From: Candidatus Dormiibacterota bacterium
GTDB taxonomy: Bacteria > Chloroflexota > Dormibacteria > Aeolococcales > Aeolococcaceae
DNA: 64,000 nt
NCBI GenBank assembly: GCA_036521195.1
Contig: DATDID010000026.1
Coordinates: 89,944 to 153,943, forward strand
Direction of reading: 5' to 3'
This document shows positions 50,868 through 59,600 of this stretch, in pieces; the stretch's first letter is position 1, and each line of letters starts with the position of its first letter. The translations under genes and the position numbers were made by a program. The notes below the pieces were generated by a model that saw only the letters and a program-made list of their open reading frames with translations, ran no database searches and was not told the origin of the DNA.

Positions 50868-53339
50868 GTGGAGTCGGGCTACCCTTGTTCCATGGACGCC
50901 GATCCTGCCGCCACGCACGCCGAACCGACGCGCCTCGACGCGTACGACCACGCCGGCGTGGAAGCGCGCTGGCGGCGGATCTGGAGCGAGCGGGGCGACT
51001 ACCGCACGCAACTCGATGACCCGGAGCGTCCCTTCTACAACCTGATGATGTTCCCGTATCCCTCCGCCGAGGGATTGCACGTGGGCCACATCATCCCGTT
51101 CGCCGGCGGCGACATCTACGGGCGCTGGCGGCGGCTCATGGGCGACACGGTCTTCGAGCCGATGGGCTTCGACGCCTTCGGCATCCACTCCGAGAACTAC
51201 GCAATGAAGATCGGCGAGCACCCGGCCGTGGTGATGCGCCGCGCGGTCAACAACTTCCGTGAGAACCAGCTCGCCCGGATCGGCTCGATGTTCGACTGGA
51301 GTCACCAGGTCAACACCGCCGACCCCGCCTACTACCGCTGGACGCAATGGCTGTTCGTGCAGCTCTTCAACGCCGGGCTCATCGAGTGGCGCGAGGGAGC
51401 GGTCAACTGGTGCCCGTCGTGCTTGACCGTGCTCGCCGACGAGCAGGTGGAGCAGGGACGCTGCGAGCGCTGTCACACCGTGGTGCAGACGCGATATCTG
51501 CGCCAGTGGTGGATCAAGATCACGCGGTACGCGCAGCCGTTGCTCGACGCACTCGACACCCTGGACTGGTCGGAGTCGACGAAGACGATGCAGCGCAACT
51601 GGATCGGGCGCAGCGAAGGCGCGACCATCCTCTTCGACCTCGAGGGCTGCCGGCGCAAGGACGTCACGGTCTACACGACGCGGCCTGACACGCTCTTTGG
51701 TGCGACCTTCCTTGTCATCGGCGCCGACCATCCGGAGTTGGAGGAGTTCGTGCCTCCCGAGCGGATCGGCACCGTCAATGCCTGGCGCAACAAGTTCCCA
51801 CCGACGGTGGGGGAGCCGGACTTCGCTGTCGGCATGGAGCTGGGGTCGTTCGCGATCCACCCGCTCACGGGAGCGCGGCTCCCCGTCTGGGCAGCGCCGT
51901 ACGTCCTCGGTGGGTATGGAACGGGCGCGATCATGGCTGTGCCGGCGCACGACTCCCGCGACTGGGCATTCGCTCGTGCGCAGAACCTCCCGATCGTCGA
52001 CGTGATCAGCGGTGGTGACAGCACCGAGGCATCGCATTCGGGCAACGGCGTGCTCATCAACAGCGGCGAATTCGACGGTGCGACGACCGACGATGGCAAG
52101 CGCCGGATCATCGAACGGCTCACCGAGTTGCGTCGCGGTGAGACCAGCGTGCAGTACAAGTTGCGCGACTGGCTCATCTCACGGCAGCGATACTGGGGAC
52201 CGCCGATACCGATCATCCACTGTCCCAAGGACGGCCCGGTCGCGGTTCCCGAAGAGGACCTCCCGGTGCTGCTCCCGGAGATCGAGGACTTCCGTCCGCG
52301 CGGGACCGGCGTGTCGCCGCTCGCGACGGTGGAGGACTGGGTCAACGTCACGTGTCCGAAATGCGGCGGTCCCGCGCGTCGGGAGACCGACGTCAGCGAC
52401 ACGTTCCTCGACTCGGCCTGGTACCACCTGCGATATCCATCCACCGACTTCGACGACGTTCCTTTCGACAAGGAGCGGACGGATACGTGGCTTCCGGTGA
52501 ACATGTACATCGGCGGCAACGAGCACGCGGTGCGACATCTGCTCTATGCGCGCTTTGTGATGCGCGCGCTGTACGACATGGGGCATGTCCCGGTTCCTGA
52601 GCCGTACACCCGATTCCGCGCGCACGGCATGATCATCATGGACGGCGCGAAGATGTCCAAGAGCCGCGGCAATGTGCTCAACCCCGATGAGTACATCGAC
52701 AGATACGGGGCCGACACGGTGCGTCTCTTCATGATGTACCTCGGCCCCTACACGCTCGGCGGCGACTTCCGCGACAAGGGCATCGCCGGGATGACCCGCT
52801 TTCTCCACCGGGCATGGCGGGCCACGCAGCTTGCCACGCGCGACGACGCCGACGACGACGACGACGTTCTGGAGCGCCGTCGACACCGCCTCATCCAGCA
52901 GGTCGAGGACGACATCGGTGAGTTGCGATACAACACGGCCATCGCCTATCTGATGGAGTTCGCACGCGCACTTGACCACGAGGCGTCGTCGGGAAGTGGC
53001 AGGCGAGTCGATGCCGAGACATTGCTCAAGCTGCTCGCACCGTTCGCGCCCTTCATCACCGAGGAGATCTGGGACCGTCTCGGCCACGAGACGTCGGTGC
53101 ACGAACAGGGCACGTGGCCTGCGTACGACGCTGCACTCGCGGCGCCGCAGCGCGCGACCATCGCGGTCACCGTGAACGGCAAACGCCGCGCCGACTTCGA
53201 GGTTGATGCAGGGACGTCCGAGGAGGCGTTGACGGCGCTCGCACTGACACAACCGCGCATCGCAGAGCTGCTTGGTGGTCAGGCCCCTCGCAAGGTCATC
53301 GCCGTGGTGGATCGCATCGTCAACATCGTCATCGCCTGA
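50868..53339 (+). CDS. leuS: leucine--tRNA ligase
   Basis: HIGH-type block PYPSAEGLHVGH and KMSKS block KMSKSRGN. The start is either GTG at 50868 or ATG at 50892. Confidence 0.95.
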   Translation: MESGYPCSMDADPAATHAEPTRLDAYDHAGVEARWRRIWSERGDYRTQLDDPERPFYNLMMFPYPSAEGLHVGHIIPFAGGDIYGRWRRLMGDTVFEPMGFDAFGIHSENYAMKIGEHPAVVMRRAVNNFRENQLARIGSMFDWSHQVNTADPAYYRWTQWLFVQLFNAGLIEWREGAVNWCPSCLTVLADEQVEQGRCERCHTVVQTRYLRQWWIKITRYAQPLLDALDTLDWSESTKTMQRNWIGRSEGATILFDLEGCRRKDVTVYTTRPDTLFGATFLVIGADHPELEEFVPPERIGTVNAWRNKFPPTVGEPDFAVGMELGSFAIHPLTGARLPVWAAPYVLGGYGTGAIMAVPAHDSRDWAFARAQNLPIVDVISGGDSTEASHSGNGVLINSGEFDGATTDDGKRRIIERLTELRRGETSVQYKLRDWLISRQRYWGPPIPIIHCPKDGPVAVPEEDLPVLLPEIEDFRPRGTGVSPLATVEDWVNVTCPKCGGPARRETDVSDTFLDSAWYHLRYPSTDFDDVPFDKERTDTWLPVNMYIGGNEHAVRHLLYARFVMRALYDMGHVPVPEPYTRFRAHGMIIMDGAKMSKSRGNVLNPDEYIDRYGADTVRLFMMYLGPYTLGGDFRDKGIAGMTRFLHRAWRATQLATRDDADDDDDVLERRRHRLIQQVEDDIGELRYNTAIAYLMEFARALDHEASSGSGRRVDAETLLKLLAPFAPFITEEIWDRLGHETSVHEQGTWPAYDAALAAPQRATIAVTVNGKRRADFEVDAGTSEEALTALALTQPRIAELLGGQAPRKVIAVVDRIVNIVIA

Positions 53340-53859
53340 CCTCCAGGCGCATCGGCGCGTGTTCGATGCCGTCCTCGATCCATCGCTCCCCGTGTTCCTC
53401 GAACCCGAACGTCCCATACCATCCGACGAGGTATGACTGGGCGCTGAGTACGATCGGCAGATCCGCGAGCTCGATCGCGCGCCGCATGAGCGCGCTCGAG
53501 TAGCCGCGTCCGCGTGATCCGGCATGGGTCGCGACACGGCCGATGCGATGGCCGCCGCCGGCATCGCGGAGGAGACGCAGTGTGCTCACGACTTCGCCAT
53601 CCGCATCCTCGATCCACAGGTGGCGTGTCTCCGCGCCGGCATCACTTGCGTCGATATCGGGATAGACGCAGTTCTGCTCGACGACGAACACCGCCTGCCG
53701 GACGGCGAGAATTCCGAGCAGCGCGCGCGGCGTCAGCTCGTCGAGACGAGCGGTATGGACCTCTGGAAGTTCCGGCTCGGTCAGCTCGTTGCCTGTGGCT
53801 CGACAGCAGCGGTGCAGAACGAGCAGCGCTTTGCGGCCTTCGGAATGATGCTCAGGCAC
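53329..53859 (-). CDS. ElaA-like GNAT acetyltransferase
   Basis: Carries AVRQAVFVVEQNCVYPDIDASD and RGRGYSSALM. The start is uncertain: the track ATG overlaps the mscL 3' end by 79 bp, and no canonical start lies after the mscL stop. Confidence 0.65.
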   Translation of the reverse strand: MPEHHSEGRKALLVLHRCCRATGNELTEPELPEVHTARLDELTPRALLGILAVRQAVFVVEQNCVYPDIDASDAGAETRHLWIEDADGEVVSTLRLLRDAGGGHRIGRVATHAGSRGRGYSSALMRRAIELADLPIVLSAQSYLVGWYGTFGFEEHGERWIEDGIEHAPMRLEVRR

Positions 53860-54197
53860 TCAGGGCACGCGCGGGTGTTCGACTCGCCTGGATCGGTGGG
53901 CTTGGCGAGTCGCTTCTGCATGCGGTTGTACGGCACCACGAAGAAGAAGTAGACGCCGGCAGCGATGAGGATGAACGCGATCACCGCGGTCAGGAACGTT
54001 CCGTATTGGATGACACTGCCGTTGATCGTCAGCACCAGCGAGTTGAAGTTCGGCTTGCCGAACGGGATCGCGATGATCGGGTTGACTATATCCATGACGA
54101 GCGCGGTGACCACTGCACCGAATGCGCCGCCGATGACGAACGCAACGGCGAGCTGGACAACGTTGCCCTGGTTGAGAAAATCGCGAAAGCCCTTCAC
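53781..54197 (-). CDS. mscL: large-conductance mechanosensitive channel with a C-terminal CxxC...CxxC extension
   Basis: GGAGGA lies 6 nt upstream of the GTG at 54197. The product starts VKGFRDFLNQGNVVQLAVAFVIGGAFG with a second TM helix FLTAVIAFILIAAGVYFFVV. The tail reads RACPECLSIIPKAAKRCSFC. Confidence 0.8.
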   Translation of the reverse strand: MKGFRDFLNQGNVVQLAVAFVIGGAFGAVVTALVMDIVNPIIAIPFGKPNFNSLVLTINGSVIQYGTFLTAVIAFILIAAGVYFFFVVPYNRMQKRLAKPTDPGESNTRACPECLSIIPKAAKRCSFCTAAVEPQATS

Positions 54198-54220
54198 GCG
54201 CTGTCCTCCTGCCCCACGAT

Positions 54221-55729
54221 CTACGTGGAATTCGCGCCCGAGGCGCCGAGCACTGATGGGGTCAGCATGGTGACACACACGCCGGTCCAGCAGCGGGTGC
54301 TCCGAGCCGAGTAACCGTCGGGATCAGGGGGTGGCGGATCGCCCGGCTCGAACACGTACCAGACCGTCTGCGTCGTCGGCGAAGGCATCGGCATCGACTG
54401 CAGGACGGCGCCCTGCGGATACACCGCTGTGCCCCAGAACCAGGGCACGTCCAGCGCCATCGAACGCGCGTGCACATCGATGGCGCGGTCGCCGTAGTAG
54501 AGGACGAGGAGGTATTCGCTCGGGTATGCGGCGATCACGTCGTGCGGTCCGGCGGCCTTCTCGAGGGCGGCGATCGCCGCGGGCGTATCGGGGTTGGTGA
54601 CGGTGGTCACCGTGGCAAAGGCGACCACCGCCGTGACTGCCGCGGCCGCGAACGCCACGCGTTGCCACGGGATCATCGCCAGACCAGCGCCGACGAGCGG
54701 GAAAAGCGGTGCCCAGGCCGAGCTGAAGTAGCGCCCATCCTCGAGCGGGTGCCAGAAGCTCACGAGGATGACGAGTGCGACGGCGATCCCGCCGACGAGT
54801 GCGAGCACCGAAGCAGCGTTCGCCTCGTCTCGAGTGAGCCTGTGCCGGTTGAGCACAACTGTCGCAAGGCCCAGGACTCCAGCCGCGACGCTGGCCCCCT
54901 CGATGATGCGCAGGCCCGTGTACCCCGTCACCCACGTGTTCAGCGGCGGCCCGATGAAAAACTGCACGAGACCGCCCGAAAGGGTCACGACGCTCAGCTT
55001 CGGAACCCAGAATCCGCCCGCGCCGTGACTGAGCTGGCTGCTCGCGGCGACGACCCAGGGAATGAGGCTGGCGAGCGTCACCAACCCAAGGGCCGCGACG
55101 AGCAGCGCGGTTCCGGGATGTCTCCGCGCGTAGAGAATTGCCACCGCGACGACCTGCGCCAGCACTGCGAAGAGCGCGAAGTACACTGTGTACACGGCCA
55201 GGACCGAGAACGCTGCATAGAGCGCCCAGCGAAGCACCGACGGCCTATCGAGCGCACGCAGCAGGCAGAGCGTCGATGCGAGGACCAGGGTCGTCGCGAC
55301 CATGTACATGCGCGCGTCGAGCGAGCTCACGAACAGCGCAGGAGCGACGGCGGCGATCACCGCGGCCCATGTGCCGCCCGCATCTCCGGCAACGCGCCGG
55401 CCGAGCGCGGCGATGATCGGGATCGCGGCAACCCCCGCAAGCACTGGAAGGATGCGCAGCGCCGCCGGGCTTGTCGACACGACGGCGACGAGCCGCTCGA
55501 TCAGGTAGAAGAGTGGGGGGGCGCTGTCGTGGCGGACCACGGTGAGCATCGAGCCGAGCGGACGCTGCACCGTGAGAGCGGTGAACGCCTCGTCACGCCA
55601 CAGCGGCTGGTAGCCGAGCAACGCGACTCTGGCGGCCAGACCGGCGAGCGTGATCAGCCAGATTCTTCCTGAAGAGCCCCGCAACATCGACACCCACGAT
55701 AAGGCGGCGGTTCGGTTCGGTGGTGTCAT
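54221..55729 (-). CDS. GT-C fold membrane glycosyltransferase (GT39/PMT_2-like)
   Basis: 502 aa and multi-TM. The first loop is GYQPLWRDEAFTALTV. Confidence 0.65.
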   Translation of the reverse strand: MTPPNRTAALSWVSMLRGSSGRIWLITLAGLAARVALLGYQPLWRDEAFTALTVQRPLGSMLTVVRHDSAPPLFYLIERLVAVVSTSPAALRILPVLAGVAAIPIIAALGRRVAGDAGGTWAAVIAAVAPALFVSSLDARMYMVATTLVLASTLCLLRALDRPSVLRWALYAAFSVLAVYTVYFALFAVLAQVVAVAILYARRHPGTALLVAALGLVTLASLIPWVVAASSQLSHGAGGFWVPKLSVVTLSGGLVQFFIGPPLNTWVTGYTGLRIIEGASVAAGVLGLATVVLNRHRLTRDEANAASVLALVGGIAVALVILVSFWHPLEDGRYFSSAWAPLFPLVGAGLAMIPWQRVAFAAAAVTAVVAFATVTTVTNPDTPAAIAALEKAAGPHDVIAAYPSEYLLVLYYGDRAIDVHARSMALDVPWFWGTAVYPQGAVLQSMPMPSPTTQTVWYVFEPGDPPPPDPDGYSARSTRCWTGVCVTMLTPSVLGASGANST

Positions 55730-55734
55730 TTTGG

Positions 55735-57207
55735 TCAGCCGGTCGGCTCGGGGACCACCTCGAAGGCAACAGGCGTCCCGCCCGGGTCGGTGGCGACGAC
55801 GTGCGCCTGGGCTGCAAGCGGCGCGCCCACCGCTGCCGCGATGTCGGCGATCGACGGTGCGACGACCAGCGAGTACACCGCCGCATTACCCACGGCGTGC
55901 ATCGGGTCGACGATGGTGGGAGCGCGGCCGGCATCGAGGAACTGGACGTCCAACGCGTCGTAGCTGTCGAGGATGAGGAGCGTGGACGGTCCCCCATCGG
56001 TCGCGTTGTTCACTGCCGCGCCGGCGAGCGCCACGTCCGCGAAGGTGAATGGCGCGAAGCGGTCCTCGATCGGCCGGTTCACGTAGGTCACCGTGGAGGC
56101 GACGCCGACGCCGAGAACGGCGAGACCGCAGATCGCCCAGCCGATCCGGGCGATGTCCGACGGATCGACTCCGCTCAGCCTCGGGGCAAAGCGGCGCACG
56201 AGATCGACTGCCTCGACACAGCCAAGACCAACAGACGCTGCCACGAACGGCGCGAGGCCGAGGGAGCGGAGGAAATGCGGCGCGAAGCCCTCGGTTGCGA
56301 GCAGTGGAGGCAGGAGGAATACGACGAGTCCGAGCAACACCAGCGCATGACCGTGGTCGTCGCGGTGTCGCCAGCAGCGCCAGATGCCCAATGCAAATGG
56401 GATGAACAGCAACGGCCCGAGCAGCGGCAGCTCGTTGACGTCGTGCCGCTGGTTGGGATCACCGGTGAACAGGAACATGCCGACGGTGCGGAGCACATGC
56501 ACCGGGTAGCTGTCCGGGGACGCGGCACCGACGTAGAAAGCGGAGACCGACGCTGCGCGACCGAAATAGCCGGACGCGTCGGTGATCGCCGTCACGATCA
56601 TCGGTGCCGCGACCACGGCGAAGGCCGCGAGCGCCCAGGGCCACGTTGCAAGGACTGATTTGAAACGATCGCGATCACGCGCGCGAATCCAGAGCAGCCA
56701 CAGGATCGCAAGCAGCGGCAACAACTTCAGCGGCTGATACGTCCACAGGCCGAGCGCGATTGCGACGCCCGCAATCACCGCTGTTGCGCGACCCGGACGA
56801 TCCCCCCAGCGCAGCATCGCGGCGAGCGCCAGCGCGCCGAACGCGACGGTGAGGATGTTCTCGAAGCCATCGCGGGAGATGGCGATCATCCAGAGCGATC
56901 CGGCGGTCCACCCCATCGCAAGGAGTGCTGCCGCGCGGCCGAAGCGACGTGTCGCGACATATGTGGCGATCACGCCCGCGATACCGACTCCCGCGGCCGT
57001 GGCGCGCAGCGTGAACACCGATGACTGAAACACCTTGAACACCGCGGCGAGGAGATAGGTGAAGGGCGCGCCGAGGCCACCGTTGATGTCGAAGAAGAGC
57101 GGGTGATAGCCCGGGACCGTCAGCAGTCTCAGGGCGCTGAGCCCGAATGCCGCCTCGTCCGGATACAGGCCGCCAGGCTGTGTGCTTAGGGACCAGAAGC
57201 GGACCAC
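55735..57207 (-). CDS. GT-C fold membrane glycosyltransferase paralog (ArnT/GT39-like)
   Basis: 490 aa and multi-TM. The first loop is GGLYPDEAAFGLSA. The first TM helix appears to lie upstream of the annotated GTG, so the true start is probably further upstream (see findings). Confidence 0.6.
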   Translation of the reverse strand: MVRFWSLSTQPGGLYPDEAAFGLSALRLLTVPGYHPLFFDINGGLGAPFTYLLAAVFKVFQSSVFTLRATAAGVGIAGVIATYVATRRFGRAAALLAMGWTAGSLWMIAISRDGFENILTVAFGALALAAMLRWGDRPGRATAVIAGVAIALGLWTYQPLKLLPLLAILWLLWIRARDRDRFKSVLATWPWALAAFAVVAAPMIVTAITDASGYFGRAASVSAFYVGAASPDSYPVHVLRTVGMFLFTGDPNQRHDVNELPLLGPLLFIPFALGIWRCWRHRDDHGHALVLLGLVVFLLPPLLATEGFAPHFLRSLGLAPFVAASVGLGCVEAVDLVRRFAPRLSGVDPSDIARIGWAICGLAVLGVGVASTVTYVNRPIEDRFAPFTFADVALAGAAVNNATDGGPSTLLILDSYDALDVQFLDAGRAPTIVDPMHAVGNAAVYSLVVAPSIADIAAAVGAPLAAQAHVVATDPGGTPVAFEVVPEPTG

Positions 57208-57284
57208 GATCGCGGCCAGTGTGATCAGGACGGCGGCCGTAGCCTCAGCTGCGGTCGCCGTCCCGAGGCGCCGTGCGACGCCTG

Positions 57285-57527
57285 TTATGCGGGTGATCCG
57301 GCCCCCGTCAATTCGAGGGTGGACCGGTGCAGGAGCGTCCGGGTCGCCGAGATCCGGCAGGCCAACATCTCCAGAACGTCATCGAGCTGGTCCCGTAGCA
57401 CGGATTCCATCTCGATCGGGTGGTTGTCGATCTCCCGCAGCAGCGCCGACAGCCGGAGCGCTTTCTGATCAATCTTCGCAACGACCTCCTGCGGTGCGGC
57501 AGTTGCGGTCAAGTGATTCGGCTCCAT
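57285..57527 (-). CDS. small helical hypothetical protein
   Basis: 80-aa ORF with strongly G/C-rich third positions. It lies between the SQR-like gene and the GT-C gene. Confidence 0.4.
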   Translation of the reverse strand: MEPNHLTATAAPQEVVAKIDQKALRLSALLREIDNHPIEMESVLRDQLDDVLEMLACRISATRTLLHRSTLELTGAGSPA

Positions 57528-57639
57528 CCAGGTCCTCCGTCAGCGGTAGGTGGATGCCACCAGAGTAGGCAGTGCGGTGGTCGTTGTCCAGCGATGGTTT
57601 TGTCTCAACTCATCGACCGGATGGACCAGATCCGGACCC

Positions 57640-58767
57640 TTATGCGCCGAACCAGCGCCGGATCCGGCTGGTCCCGAATTCGACCTTGTCGGCGGCCAGA
57701 GCGGCCGACGGTTCCTCGTAGCCACCGTAGGGCGCCTGGCCCTTGAGGAAGGTCACGTCGACACGGGCGACCTCCCCGTGGCCGAACGCGAGGTAGCACA
57801 TGCCCTGCCCGCCATACGTTGCGGTGGCCTCCGTCCCGCGGACGGTCGCAATGATCCGATCGGCCACCACCGCAGCCTGGCCCTCGGAGAACACTCCGGC
57901 TTTCGGGGTGCCGACGCTGGTGACGTCGCCGACCGCGTATATGCCGGGGAACGCGGTCTCGAGCGTGAGGGAGTCGACCGGGATCCATCCGGCAACGGTC
58001 ATGCCCGATTCCTCGACGACGGCCGGCACTCGATGCCGGGGGATGCCGAGGAACAGGTCGTAGGGCAACTCGGTGCCGTCGCTCAGGATCGCGACCTTGC
58101 GTGCGGGATCGGTCTCGCGGATGGCCCGCTCCGGGTACCAGTCGATGCCGCGTTCCTCGAAGGCAACGAGCAGGGCCGCGGACGCCGGGGGCGACGGCGG
58201 GATCGGTACCCCCATGGGGATGACCAGGGCGATCGTGGAGCGTTCCCGGAGACCGCGATGCGTCAGGAAGTCATGCATCATCAGCGCCGTCTCGCTCGGC
58301 GCGGGCGGGCACTTGAACGGCGCCGACGTCACCCCGACGACCACCCGGCCGCCTTCGAACGAGTCGAGGACGTCGCGGAGCGCGAATGCTCCCTCCACCG
58401 AGTAGAACTCGTGACCGCCCTCGACGAGCCCGGGTGTCGCGGCGGGGTCGAGATCGGCGCCGAGCGCCACCACCAGGATGTCGGCGTCGAACGTGCCGGC
58501 GTCGGTCACGACGCGCCGAGTCGCAGGATCGATCGATCGGATCTTCGACTGCACGAACTGGACCCCGGCTTTGACGATGTCCCGATACGGATGGCGCACA
58601 GCTGCCGCTGGCAAGTGTCCGAACATGACGTCGAGCTTCGAGAACCCGAAGACGAACGTGTCGCTTTCGTCGATGAGGATGACGTCAGCAGCATCCCCGA
58701 AGTCGTCTGACAGCCGGGACGTCAGCTCAAGTCCGGCGAAGCCCGCTCCCAGCACCACGACACGCAT
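57640..58767 (-). CDS. FAD-dependent pyridine nucleotide-disulfide oxidoreductase, sulfide:quinone oxidoreductase-like
   Basis: Starts MRVVVLGAGFAGLE and carries FKCPPAPSE and IYAVGDV. Confidence 0.75.
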   Translation of the reverse strand: MRVVVLGAGFAGLELTSRLSDDFGDAADVILIDESDTFVFGFSKLDVMFGHLPAAAVRHPYRDIVKAGVQFVQSKIRSIDPATRRVVTDAGTFDADILVVALGADLDPAATPGLVEGGHEFYSVEGAFALRDVLDSFEGGRVVVGVTSAPFKCPPAPSETALMMHDFLTHRGLRERSTIALVIPMGVPIPPSPPASAALLVAFEERGIDWYPERAIRETDPARKVAILSDGTELPYDLFLGIPRHRVPAVVEESGMTVAGWIPVDSLTLETAFPGIYAVGDVTSVGTPKAGVFSEGQAAVVADRIIATVRGTEATATYGGQGMCYLAFGHGEVARVDVTFLKGQAPYGGYEEPSAALAADKVEFGTSRIRRWFGA

Positions 58768-58815
58768 ACCGCCGAGAGTAGCGAAGCAATCGGGCGCCCG
58801 GCTCGATTACATCGT

Positions 58816-59082
58816 GTGCGTGCGGGTGATACTCCTCAGGTGATCGAACTCATCCTCACCGCGTTGGCCATCGGGATCTTTTTTGCGGGTCTGTTCTGGT
58901 ATGGATTCCGCGGCCAGCCCAATGAAGGACCGGCGCTCGGCAACAACAGCCCCTATCCCACCGACATCTCGGGCGAGCGCGCGCCATTCCTGCCTGATGC
59001 CGTGATCAGCGACGACGAGGAGTTCCGCCGGAGCGCGCACTCGAAGCTTGCTCGACGCCGTGGCCGGCCGCCGAAAGACTAG
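58816..59082 (+). CDS. small membrane protein (hypothetical)
   Basis: One TM helix VIELILTALAIGIFFAGLFWYGF. The start may be the in-frame GTG at 58840. Confidence 0.35.
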   Translation: MRAGDTPQVIELILTALAIGIFFAGLFWYGFRGQPNEGPALGNNSPYPTDISGERAPFLPDAVISDDEEFRRSAHSKLARRRGRPPKD

Positions 59083-59371
59083 GAATACTTCTCCACCAGC
59101 GTCTTTCCAGTCGACTCGCCGACGGCCAGGCAGAAGTTGCCGCCGCCCCCAGTCGTGCAGTTCACCGAGTTGATGACGCTGTCCGTGGTGGGGCTGACCG
59201 AGGGCACGATGGACCACGTCGACCCGTTCCACTTTCCGTCAGCGTCTCCTGCGTCGTCTCCGATCCCCGCTCGTATCCACCGGCCATGCAGAACGTCGAG
59301 CTGGTGCAACTCACGGACAGAAGGATGTTGCCGGGGCCGCCGCTCACGTTGGGAAAGACTGGTCCGCGCAT
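59079..59371 (-). pseudogene. frameshifted remnant of a Cys-containing beta-repeat protein
   Basis: AGGAGGG precedes the ATG at 59371. One frame gives MRGPVFPNVSGGPGNILLSVSCTSSTFCMAGGYERGSETTQETLTE. After a one-base shift at a GAAAG run, the sequence continues as WNGSTWSIVPSVSPTTDSVINSVNCTTGGGGNFCLAVGESTGKTLVEKYS. Confidence 0.4.
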
Positions 59372-59498
59372 GTGCAACCCTCCTGAGCGAAAGTTCACCA
59401 ACTCTCGGCTGGAATGTACTCCGATCCCGCAGGATGCTTCTGTCGTTGGTCCCCCTGGCGCAAGCACTAAACTGGGCGCTGGCCGGTTCACCGACCGG

Positions 59499-59580
59499 GC
59501 GCGGATGGCGGAATCGGTAGACGCGCGGGACTTAGGATCCCGTGGGGCGACCCGTCCGAGTTCGAGTCTCGGTCCGCGCA
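59499..59580 (+). tRNA. tRNA-Leu (anticodon TAG), long variable arm, CCA not encoded
   Basis: Acceptor GCGCGGA/TCCGCGC, anticodon arm CGGGA-CTTAGGA-TCCCG, variable arm TGGGGCGACCCGTC, T arm CCGAG-TTCGAGT-CTCGG, discriminator A. Confidence 0.9.
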
Positions 59581-59600
59581 CGGCGTCACCCCCATAGAAG

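Noticed and set aside
47321-59498. The idea that the ~12 kb between tRNA-Thr and tRNA-Leu is an integrated genomic island.
   Set aside because: There is no integrase, recombinase or phage gene, I noticed no direct repeat of either tRNA 3' end, and the content includes core genes such as leuS and mscL.
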